Of a stretch of 64,000 nucleotides of DNA, positions 56,258-64,000 are shown piece by piece. Position 1 is the stretch's first letter, and each line of letters opens with the position of its first letter. The DNA is taken from the IMG/VR virus record IMGVR_UViG_3300035670_000068, positions 46,317-110,316 of that record; one strand, written 5' to 3'. This stretch comes from a virus. The notes beneath the pieces were generated by a model. The model ran no database searches. It had not been told where the DNA came from and was given only the letters and a program-made list of their open reading frames with translations. Made by a program: the position numbers and the translations under genes.

Positions 56258-56542
56258 TCAACCCTTTCTGTCTTCGACGATGGATACATGGATGAACTCG
56301 AAGCCTTCGAAGCGATTCTTCACCGCTTCCTCTGGACCCCACCAGCACTCCATGCCGTAGACAGTGTTGCCGTCGTCGAGTCGAATGCAGGGGTTCTTGA
56401 AGCCAGCGGCTTTGAGGCCTTCATTGTGCTCGAAAAGCTGTTCGCCTTCGTAGACCCCGGAGCCGTAGACGAAGACTTTCTTGGCGTTGTTGTCTGCGCT
56501 ACGCAGCGCCATTACGCGATCACCGATCTGTGCAGATGGCAT
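56258..56542 (-). CDS. Hypothetical protein (NPCIRLDDG..VYG.ECWW)
   Basis: 94-aa ORF. Confidence 0.7.
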   Translation of the reverse strand: MPSAQIGDRVMALRSADNNAKKVFVYGSGVYEGEQLFEHNEGLKAAGFKNPCIRLDDGNTVYGMECWWGPEEAVKNRFEGFEFIHVSIVEDRKG

Positions 56543-56597
56543 ATCAAACCCCTTTTTTATTCCGATTTAACATAATGTTGATTATGCGAACTGGTTA

Positions 56598-57038
56598 TCA
56601 GTCGCGTTTGGGTGTGCGATCCGCGTTCAGGAACCGCATTTCGGCCTTGCTCATTTCGATCCTGAGCAATTCAGCTGGATTCTGGTGCATCAGCTGATTC
56701 ATCGCCTCGAAGAGCGTGATCTGCTTGTGGTGCGCCAGGAACTCGACCGGGCTGGAGAAGACTTCTTCGTGATCAGCCGGCAGCTTGTTCACGCCTTTGG
56801 GCATCGCTTTGTCCCAGCCGCAGTTGGCCCGGAAGATTGCAGAGCCCGCGCAGCCACCTGTGCAGTGCAGATTCTGCCGCAGCTCTTCGTTGTTCTCTTC
56901 GTAGGTCATGTGGCAAGGAATGAAGAACGGCCCGAAGCATTGGCCGATGTAGACCTCTGCTGGCGATCCACCAAGAGCTCCTGGTGTCGAGCTGCGCGAG
57001 AAGGCGCACTCCTTACACGGCTTCTGCAGGTCTTTCAC
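56598..57038 (-). CDS. Cys-rich protein (PCxxC.F...PCH...CAG)
   Basis: Paralog-like to 5740..6150. Confidence 0.7.
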   Translation of the reverse strand: MKDLQKPCKECAFSRSSTPGALGGSPAEVYIGQCFGPFFIPCHMTYEENNEELRQNLHCTGGCAGSAIFRANCGWDKAMPKGVNKLPADHEEVFSSPVEFLAHHKQITLFEAMNQLMHQNPAELLRIEMSKAEMRFLNADRTPKRD

Positions 57039-57267
57039 GAACGTCCTCTCCGTCTTTGATTACCTGGTAGGCATCAGCTGGCGAATACCAGCGGATCACC
57101 GGGTAGGTTTCGTTGAATGTGTCCCGAGCGCCGCACTTCGGGCAGATGTGCGGGTATCGAGGCGGGTTGGTTAAGTAGGCCTGACCAGCGGGGACCATGT
57201 TGGTCCCGCACTTGTCACAGCCGTAGTTCACTAGCAGCGGAGTGATGGGCGCGAACGTCTCGGGCAT
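57013..57267 (-). CDS. Zn-ribbon protein
   Basis: CDKC...YPHICPKC. Confidence 0.65.
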   Translation of the reverse strand: MPETFAPITPLLVNYGCDKCGTNMVPAGQAYLTNPPRYPHICPKCGARDTFNETYPVIRWYSPADAYQVIKDGEDVRERPAEAV

Positions 57268-57322
57268 TGTCTCGTCCTCTACTAACTATCTACTGACTTA
57301 TTGTCGCACGCGAAAAGCGGGA

Positions 57323-57646
57323 TTACTCGAAGACCAACTTGGTTGCCAGCGAGAGCATGTAGGCCACACCTTCCATCTTGCGCTCATGTTCGGGCTCGAA
57401 CGATTTCAGGTGAGCAGTAACAACCTTGCCCATCTGAGCGCTGCGACCCTCGAAGCCCTCGCGCATTACCAGTGTGCCTGCAGGGTGAGGACTGCCGTAG
57501 AACATCGCTGCCACGAACTGCTCGTAGAAATCCCGGTGGTCGTAGTTCGGGATATCAGAGCGCTCGGGCAGCAACTTCATGGTGCCGAACGCCGCCTCAA
57601 CATCGGTGACGGTATCCAGGTCTTCTGGTTTCAGTGTGTAGGTCAT
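57323..57646 (-). CDS. Hypothetical protein (SFEPEHERK.EGVAY)
   Basis: 107-aa ORF. Confidence 0.7.
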   Translation of the reverse strand: MTYTLKPEDLDTVTDVEAAFGTMKLLPERSDIPNYDHRDFYEQFVAAMFYGSPHPAGTLVMREGFEGRSAQMGKVVTAHLKSFEPEHERKMEGVAYMLSLATKLVFE

Positions 57647-57657
57647 CTTCTCGTTTC

Positions 57658-59139
57658 TCAGGTTACGTCCAGGATGCCGGTCATGAAGCGCATCTTCGAC
57701 AGGTCTTGACCGATTCGCAGGGTGAACTCGCCTTGCTGGTTACGGGATGCGGCGAAGAACAGTCGAGCTTCGCCCTTCTTCCGTTCGTCTTCCGAGCGGT
57801 TGATGGTCAGCACCAGGTCAGCGATACGAATCTTGTTGAAGTCTTCGGAGGCGTGTTCCGCTTTCGCCACGTCAGCCTTGAAGCCTTCTCGGTTGGTCTG
57901 GGTCGCGGTCAGAACAGCTGCGTTTTCCTCGAAAGCGATTGCTCGCAAACCGAGCCAGATTTGCTTGCTGTCGTTGATCTCGTTACCCGTCTTGATCTCA
58001 GGAGCCATAATGTCGGCGTAGTCCACGACGATCATGCCGAAGACGATGCCTTGAGCCCGGTAGAACTCGATGACTCGACGCAGCTCGGTCGGTGTCAGGG
58101 TGCCGGATGCGAACTCGGTGACTTTCAGAACGCCAGGCTTGCGCAGCTTTGCCCGCTCAGCGATGCCGGTGTTGACCTCGTTGAGCTTCGCGTTCAGCTC
58201 GTTCATATCGATGCCAGAAATGTTGGCATCCATACGATCCTGGATGATCTGGCGCGATACTTCGAGGGTCACATACAGCACGTTGTAACCGGCGACCGAT
58301 GCAGCCAGGGCGAAGTGCAGCAAGCCCGTAGACTTACCCTTCTTGGCGCCGCCCATGATGACGCTCAGCTCTTTCCGGCCCCAGCCGTTGTGGTAGAGCA
58401 TCTTGTCGAGCTTCGGAATGCCGGTCGTGATGCCCTGCTTGGTGATCAAGCCGGCCTCTACGTCGCGACGGTACTGTGTCCGCTTCTCGATATCGTTCCA
58501 GTAGTCGCTGTCCTCGACGACCGCTTTCGCGCCAACCTGGAAGGCCTGAGCCATGCGACGCTCTGCCTTCTCGAACTCGCCCTTCTCGATCATGGGCAAG
58601 GTTTCGAGGTAGGCCAGCTGCACAGCCTGGTTCTTCGCGAACTGGCCGATCTTGTCAGCTGCGTAGTCGCCGCCTTCGTATGCAGCGCCCTTCAACTTCT
58701 TGAAGGTGGCCACCATGTCAGGCAGATCGTCTTCGCGGATTACGCGCTGCTCGCGTGCGTCCTTGAACAGCTCTTTCCACTCGCCAGTTGTCACCGGCAG
58801 CCGGCGATAGCGAGAGTGGAACTGCTGGGTTACATGAACCAGAGCCGCTTCGGACTTGTTCTCGAAATACTCCGGCTTGACCAGGCCATCGACGCGCCGA
58901 TAGAACTTCTCGTCCTTGATCAGCAGCGAGGCGATCTGGGTTTGGAACTCGGCTTCGAAGGTGAAGACCGCCCCGCCCTCTTCTCTTTCCGGCATCGGCG
59001 CCATTCGGCTGGCCAGGCTCAGGATGCTCTCGATCTGATCGTCTTCATCCTGCTCGACAGCGGCAGGCTCTTCGGCCATGCCCATCTGTCGAGCCATCTG
59101 ATCGACCAGGGAATCCTTGATCTCTTCTTCCGCCGACAC
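57658..59139 (-). CDS. DnaB-like replicative helicase
   Basis: GGAKKGKS Walker A, VTLEVS, VVDYAD, ATQTNR, ASRN. Confidence 0.92.
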   Translation of the reverse strand: MSAEEEIKDSLVDQMARQMGMAEEPAAVEQDEDDQIESILSLASRMAPMPEREEGGAVFTFEAEFQTQIASLLIKDEKFYRRVDGLVKPEYFENKSEAALVHVTQQFHSRYRRLPVTTGEWKELFKDAREQRVIREDDLPDMVATFKKLKGAAYEGGDYAADKIGQFAKNQAVQLAYLETLPMIEKGEFEKAERRMAQAFQVGAKAVVEDSDYWNDIEKRTQYRRDVEAGLITKQGITTGIPKLDKMLYHNGWGRKELSVIMGGAKKGKSTGLLHFALAASVAGYNVLYVTLEVSRQIIQDRMDANISGIDMNELNAKLNEVNTGIAERAKLRKPGVLKVTEFASGTLTPTELRRVIEFYRAQGIVFGMIVVDYADIMAPEIKTGNEINDSKQIWLGLRAIAFEENAAVLTATQTNREGFKADVAKAEHASEDFNKIRIADLVLTINRSEDERKKGEARLFFAASRNQQGEFTLRIGQDLSKMRFMTGILDVT

Positions 59140-59141
59140 GA

Positions 59142-59453
59142 TCAGTCCTCGCGCACAGAACTGGTTGCCTGGGTGAAGCTGCGCATGTCGTGCTTGAAGA
59201 AGGTCTCGGGCATCCCGTCGTTGTCGTCCGGGTAGATCGTGATGGTGAAGTTGTCGAACTGACTGATCCGGCCGTAGACCTGGGTGCCGTCGCGGAAGGT
59301 GATTGCTATCTCAGCCTTCTTCTTGATCAGCGTGCGCAGAATGGCCTCATGACCGTTGCGCGGGTCCAGCGGTTTGCTGGTCGAGCGGGCGGCTTCGTAG
59401 GCTTCGGATACGCGAGGGCGAAGGCTAAGAACATTGGATTTGGGGGTTTGCAT
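59142..59453 (-). CDS. Hfq-like (Sm-fold) RNA chaperone
   Basis: ILRTLIKKKAEIAITFRDGTQVYGRISQFDNFTI...FFKHDM aligns by eye with Hfq Sm1/Sm2 (FLN.LR....V.IYL.NGIKL.G.IESFDQF....VYKHAI). Confidence 0.8.
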   Translation of the reverse strand: MQTPKSNVLSLRPRVSEAYEAARSTSKPLDPRNGHEAILRTLIKKKAEIAITFRDGTQVYGRISQFDNFTITIYPDDNDGMPETFFKHDMRSFTQATSSVRED

Positions 59454-59516
59454 AGGGGTGTCCTGTTTTACTGCTTTGATGCAGATGATATTACAACTAA
59501 CTAAGCGGATAGTGAA

Positions 59517-60257
59517 TCAACCGTTTAGAACTTCCGCTTGGTTAATCAGCGATTCACCTGTTCTCGGGAAAATCTGTCTGACGATCTCATGGCTTATTTG
59601 CCCCTTCTCAAGCACGCTGGCCAGGACTGCTGCCGGGTAATTCGACTCCCTGATCTTGTCGCCCAGGTAGTTCAGGTAAGCAATCTGCTCCGGGCCGCCC
59701 TGGAAGTTCTCCACCAGGTAGGCTTCGTGAGTCGCGTATGGGATCGAGGTCTGAATCCTGTCGAGCCACTTGGAGCCGATGAACGTCAGCATCGAGACTG
59801 CGAAGTCTGTGGTTTTCAGGTGCTCGGGAATGTTGTCGCTGTAGAGCTGAATCGGCGTCGGCAGGTTTTCCCATCGAGCTACGTCCGCGAACAGCATGGC
59901 CGCCTCGCAGTAGAAGTCGTAGGGCATACCCATGCGATCAGCCATCTGACGGCCTTTCCAGAAGCCTGTGATCGTTCTGGCGTCCAGGGTGTAGATCACC
60001 GGGTCTTTCAAGCCCTTCATGTTCCGCCCTACCCAGATATCCGTGCGCCGCTCGACAGCGTGCTTCTTAGCTTGCGCATAGCAGTGAGCGAAAAGCTGAG
60101 TGGCTTGAGCTGGGTGAAGGAAGCGATAGTCCCAGTGCTTCGTGCGGAAAAGCTCCCCTTCTTCCGGCAGCAGATTCAGCGGGGCGAACCGAATAGCCAG
60201 AGCTTCGCACTCGTGCCGGGTCCATTCTGCGCCAGGGAAAGAGGTGTGGTTGATCAT
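59517..60257 (-). CDS. Conserved phage-plasmid hypothetical protein
   Basis: 246 aa; WDYRFLHP..AT, RQMAD.MG.PY. Confidence 0.7.
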   Translation of the reverse strand: MINHTSFPGAEWTRHECEALAIRFAPLNLLPEEGELFRTKHWDYRFLHPAQATQLFAHCYAQAKKHAVERRTDIWVGRNMKGLKDPVIYTLDARTITGFWKGRQMADRMGMPYDFYCEAAMLFADVARWENLPTPIQLYSDNIPEHLKTTDFAVSMLTFIGSKWLDRIQTSIPYATHEAYLVENFQGGPEQIAYLNYLGDKIRESNYPAAVLASVLEKGQISHEIVRQIFPRTGESLINQAEVLNG

Positions 60258-60463
60258 GCCGTTCTACTAACTGATTAGTGAGTTAATGTTAGCGATCAGT
60301 TTGCTTGGCAGCAACAGGAATCTCTGGGTCCGGGATGGTTGGAAAGCTCCGTCCCAATGCCACGCTGCGTATATCTTATATCTAAGGTAAAAACTTTTAT
60401 CTAACTAACTTGTTAGAGAGCCGGGTGGCGCTGGGCTTACTCTTCCCAACACCACCCCTACCC

Positions 60464-61228
60464 TTACGCTGCCTTCCGGTAGCCTTTGACGATCTCGCGG
60501 ACCAATGGATCGCGCTGGATATCGTCCTCAGTGAACTCGACCACGCCGAAGCTCGACTTGCCTCTGAATCGAGCCAGGGCATCCACCAAGCCAGATTTCT
60601 TGCCGGCCGGCAGGTCGGTCTGCTCAACGTCGCCATCAACCACAACGCGAGAGCCTGCGCCGAGACGGGTCAGGAACATCTTCATCTGGCCTTCGGTGGT
60701 GTTCTGCGCTTCGTCCAGGATCACGAAGGCGTTACGGAAGGTGGAGCCTCGCATCATCATCAGCGGCTTGGCGACGATCTTGCCGTACTTGAAGTAGGTC
60801 TCGACCTTCTTCTTGCCCAGCTTACCTTCCAGAACATCCATGAACGGGTCGAGCCAGGGTGCGTACTTCTCCTGCTCAGTGCCCGGCAGGAAGCCGATCT
60901 CTTCTTCACAGCCCACCATCGGTCGGGCGATCACCAGACGCTCGATCTCGCCGGCTTCCAGCATTTCGGCGGCCAAGCTGGTCGCTACGAAGGTCTTGCC
61001 GGTGCCAGCAGGTCCGGTGACGAAGGTCACGCGCTTGCTCTTGATCGTGGAGATCATCTGACCCTGAGCCTCGTTTTGAGCTTGCAGCGGACCAAAGATG
61101 ATCCGGCTCATTTCGTGCTCGATCTTGGCTTCGAAGTCGTCCCGAACCGCTACCAGTTCGGGATGGCGATTGGCGTTGCGGCGCTGTTGACGCGCTTCAC
61201 GCTTGTGCTGACCTTTGCCTCTGCTCAT
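60464..61228 (-). CDS. phoH: PhoH-family ATPase
   Basis: GPAGTGKT, IGFLPG, MRGSTF, ILDEAQN, FLTRLG, GDVEQTD. Confidence 0.95.
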   Translation of the reverse strand: MSRGKGQHKREARQQRRNANRHPELVAVRDDFEAKIEHEMSRIIFGPLQAQNEAQGQMISTIKSKRVTFVTGPAGTGKTFVATSLAAEMLEAGEIERLVIARPMVGCEEEIGFLPGTEQEKYAPWLDPFMDVLEGKLGKKKVETYFKYGKIVAKPLMMMRGSTFRNAFVILDEAQNTTEGQMKMFLTRLGAGSRVVVDGDVEQTDLPAGKKSGLVDALARFRGKSSFGVVEFTEDDIQRDPLVREIVKGYRKAA

Positions 61229-61238
61229 ACAGCCTCTC

Positions 61239-62534
61239 TTACTCACCGGGCGCACGGTGGAAATACACGCCACCTACTACAGCCATGTCAGTCACCGGGA
61301 CGTACTCCATGTTCACGGACTTGGTGACGGTGTTGACGTGACAGATGTTGAAACCCATCGACCAGAACTCGCCTTCGGTGTACGGCGCTTTCAGGTGGTG
61401 GCCACAGCCGAGTTGCATCCAGGGATAGGCGCCGCGCAGAGCGTGCTTGCAGTGATCGACCTTCCAGGAATGGTGGTGGCCGTTCCAGCCAGGCAGACCC
61501 CAGTTCTTCGCGTGCGGGTGGTGATGAACTAGGACGGCATCGTCGTAGATCACATAGGACTTCTGGACTTCCTTCTCTTGGCTAGACTTGTCCCAAGCGG
61601 CCAGGTCGGCGCGGGCGATGTAGTTCACTTCGAACTGGTCGAGACCCAGGAGCTTCGGAACGGTCAGACCCAGGAGATCGCTCAGCAGGGCTTTGAGTGC
61701 CGGCGTAGCGTCAGCCAGATGACGGAGCAGGCGGAACTCATGGTTTCCTTCCACGAAGTCGATCTGAGCATTCGGGCAGGCTTCGCGCAGCGGCTTGAGG
61801 ATGTGTTCGTGGACGAACTTGATGCGGCCTACAACGTCCCACTCACGAGGATCGACGCTGTACTTGCCGAACTCCGGGAGGTCGAAGATATCCCCACCCA
61901 GGTTGATGATATCGGGCTGAACCAGACGGCAGCCTTCGATCAGTGTGCGCAGATAGAAACGATCGATCTCCACGTCATGCAGGTCGGAGCAGCCTACGAT
62001 GACCTTGATCTTCTTGTCCGTGTTGCGCAAGTAGCGGCGGTCCAGCTCGCTTCGCTGGTTGAACTCGCGGTAGTGGTCGACCGAAACATGCTTGGCGATC
62101 TGGCGCTCAACAGCATGTTGGTTGCGGTTCATTTCCAGGCCTGCCTGGCGCTTGAACTCCAGGAAGGTGCCGAAGTATTTGTTCCAGGACGAGTCGCTGA
62201 TGTTGGTGTGAGCGCGGAAGCGATCTCGGGTGATCGGCGTATCCGGGTTGGCTCGCCACATTTCTTTGAGGGTTTCGATCAGCTCGGCCTGGGTCAGCTC
62301 TTTGTACTCATGCTGCATTTCCGGCAGAGTCGAGCGTTCGGACGGAGCGACGGTTCGATCAAGCAGCCTGGGCAGCTTCTCCCCGCTTTCGAGTCGAGTG
62401 CGATGCCGGCGTGCGCGGTTCTTGATCGTCTGATAGGCCATGCCGGTGTGCTCGGCAATGTCTTTCAGAGTGGGGAATTTTTCGCTGTTGTTCCACAGCG
62501 AGGCGAATTGCTGGTCAGTCAGGCTCATTGGCAT
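61239..62534 (-). CDS. Metallophosphoesterase with N-terminal HTH region
   Basis: SDLHD, GGDIFD, EGNHE, GHHH. Confidence 0.8.
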   Translation of the reverse strand: MPMSLTDQQFASLWNNSEKFPTLKDIAEHTGMAYQTIKNRARRHRTRLESGEKLPRLLDRTVAPSERSTLPEMQHEYKELTQAELIETLKEMWRANPDTPITRDRFRAHTNISDSSWNKYFGTFLEFKRQAGLEMNRNQHAVERQIAKHVSVDHYREFNQRSELDRRYLRNTDKKIKVIVGCSDLHDVEIDRFYLRTLIEGCRLVQPDIINLGGDIFDLPEFGKYSVDPREWDVVGRIKFVHEHILKPLREACPNAQIDFVEGNHEFRLLRHLADATPALKALLSDLLGLTVPKLLGLDQFEVNYIARADLAAWDKSSQEKEVQKSYVIYDDAVLVHHHPHAKNWGLPGWNGHHHSWKVDHCKHALRGAYPWMQLGCGHHLKAPYTEGEFWSMGFNICHVNTVTKSVNMEYVPVTDMAVVGGVYFHRAPGE

Positions 62535-62595
62535 CGAAGAAGCTCGGCTAATGATATGAGAAAGGCGCCCTTTCGAGCGCCTTGTGGTAGGGGTG

Positions 62596-62940
62596 TTAAG
62601 TGCTCTTGAGCTTGAGCTTGAGCTTGCTGGCCACAGCCAACGCTGTGTCCTTGTTCAAGGCACTGTCGCCGGCGTAGCCGATGGTGAACACAGTGATCAG
62701 GCCCGCGAACGAACTCAGGTCGAGCTGTCCTGCCGTGAACATGGCGAACACGGTGCTGATCACGGCCAGGACCGCTTGCACAGTGGACTTCCAGGACTCG
62801 GCGCCGAACAGGTAGGTGAACAGCGATTCGTGAATCTCGCCGCGCAGCCACTTCTTGACGTAGTGGGCAAACATGCCCAAGAGGGCGATACCCAGCGCCA
62901 GTGCAAGCGCCAGGAAGTTCAGAGCTTTGAGCTCTTCCAT
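62596..62940 (-). CDS. Putative holin
   Basis: Three TM helices, basic C-terminus, adjacent to the endolysin. Confidence 0.65.
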   Translation of the reverse strand: MEELKALNFLALALALGIALLGMFAHYVKKWLRGEIHESLFTYLFGAESWKSTVQAVLAVISTVFAMFTAGQLDLSSFAGLITVFTIGYAGDSALNKDTALAVASKLKLKLKST

Positions 62941-62943
62941 AGG

Positions 62944-63408
62944 TTAAATCTCCGCTACTCGATACAGGGTTTTCCCGGAAACCTTCTCCGCATAGAGGAA
63001 CTGGTTTCTGGGTCTTGCTTTGGCCAGGCCCACATGGACCCAACGGCCAAATTCGTGGATCACCTGATCAGCAGGCATGTCCCACATGAGTTCGTCGATC
63101 AGCTTGAACAGCGCATCCACGCTCAGCCCCGGCACGCGAATGTCAGCTGCCAGTGCGCTCATGTGGGAGGAAGTTTTCGAGCCGCCAATCGCCTTGTTCA
63201 GCGCCGGGCAGCGATACCCGGACGAGACGACGATCTGGACTTCTTTACCCAGGTGCTTGCAGAGACGGTTCCGCAGTACCTGGAGCCAGGAGGCCAGAGC
63301 TGTGACGTTGGGGATCAGGTCTTTCGGGATCGAGTTGTCCACACCCAGACGCGCAGCTGTGTCAGAGGCTTCGAACTCGCGAATCGAGAAGTTGTCAGTC
63401 AGTTTCAT
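62944..63408 (-). CDS. Peptidase M15-family endolysin
   Basis: LTDNFS..EF, SSGYRCP.LN.AIGG...SSH...AAD, WVHV. Confidence 0.9.
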   Translation of the reverse strand: MKLTDNFSIREFEASDTAARLGVDNSIPKDLIPNVTALASWLQVLRNRLCKHLGKEVQIVVSSGYRCPALNKAIGGSKTSSHMSALAADIRVPGLSVDALFKLIDELMWDMPADQVIHEFGRWVHVGLAKARPRNQFLYAEKVSGKTLYRVAEI

Positions 63409-63878
63409 TTCGGCGTCTCCAGTTGCTGATACTGAGCGCCACGATCTGCCGGCTTGCTGACGATAAGCGGGAGGTCTTTTGCGTTGTTACCCAGCCAACC
63501 TGCCAGGCCGATGACTGCAACCGCCTTGATGATGTTGGTCCAGATGGTTCGATTGACCGTCCGGTATCCATCGATCACTTCTGCGATCTGGCGGTGCTGC
63601 TGAACATGATCGTCGCGGTTCATGCCCAGGTTCTCTTTGATGGCGTTCTCCATGCGGTCGCCGAGCTCGTCGCGCAGACGGAGCTCCATTTCGCGCATTT
63701 GCGTCTGTACCTGGGAAGACAGACGGGTGGCCATCACCTCTGCGGTGCTTTCAGCCACTGAACGCATTTCGTGTCTGAGGGTGCCGGCCTGTTTCTCAAC
63801 AGCTCTCGACGCGGCGGCCTCGGCAATAAGCTGCATCACCTGCATGTCCTTATCGTTGAGGGTGTGAGTAGTTGTCAT
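63405..63878 (-). CDS. Coiled-coil protein with C-terminal TM helix (first gene of the lysis cassette)
   Basis: 157 aa; follows the operator at 63936. Confidence 0.65.
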   Translation of the reverse strand: MTTTHTLNDKDMQVMQLIAEAAASRAVEKQAGTLRHEMRSVAESTAEVMATRLSSQVQTQMREMELRLRDELGDRMENAIKENLGMNRDDHVQQHRQIAEVIDGYRTVNRTIWTNIIKAVAVIGLAGWLGNNAKDLPLIVSKPADRGAQYQQLETPK

Positions 63879-64000
63879 CGCTCTTCGGCGCTCTCTTGCG
63901 AAGTGGCTGAATCGGAAGGCTTTATTTTACCACTAACTAACCAGTTAGTTACACCCGAGAAGGCAAAAGTGTCTTCGCAAGGTTCTTCCAGGACTGCCCC

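Larger units (their letters stand above)
1..64000. mobile_element. Phage-plasmid (SSU5/pHCM2-like organisation), replication/early region plus lysis genes
   Basis: Co-occurrence of parA/parB/rep-like genes with phage-type replisome (DnaE, primase, DnaB, ligase, gp32-like SSB), nucleotide metabolism genes, CobS/CobT-like pair, holin and endolysin; dense co-oriented small ORFs. Confidence 0.85.

Overview
This 64-kb window is the early/replication arm of a large temperate phage-plasmid with an organisation like SSU5/pHCM2. The host is probably a GC-rich gammaproteobacterium such as Pseudomonas, inferred from composition only. Almost all genes lie on the minus strand. From left to right: (1) about 21 kb of small accessory genes, including a Phd-VapC toxin-antitoxin pair, an ArdB/KlcA antirestriction protein, an HNH protein, a T7-gp0.7-like kinase, a DnaQ exonuclease, a dNMP-kinase-like protein, a NUDIX protein, DHFR and ThyA; (2) nrdB/nrdA, RuvC, SbcCD, RecA, a 5'-3' exonuclease, a gp32-like SSB, a UvsY-like protein, a DnaE fused to a degenerate uracil-DNA-glycosylase domain, a sigma-like factor and a CobS/CobT-like AAA+/vWA pair; (3) a plus-strand maintenance block with an XRE repressor, parA, parB, three 21-bp palindromic parS candidates and a rep-like HTH gene; (4) ATP-dependent ligase, primase, DnaB helicase, an Hfq-like protein, PhoH, a metallophosphoesterase and the lysis genes (holin, M15 endolysin). 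Two window-wide patterns stand out. First, at least 12 unrelated proteins end in the same pentapeptide, hydrophobic-G-x-[W/F]-[S/A/G]-COOH, which suggests an undescribed C-terminal tag or docking system. Second, about 30 copies of an 18-bp quasi-palindrome (ACTMASNNNTTAGTKAGT) sit at gene junctions and promoters but are absent from the par/rep block, consistent with a genome-wide repressor regulon. All calls come from reading motifs; no database searches were run.
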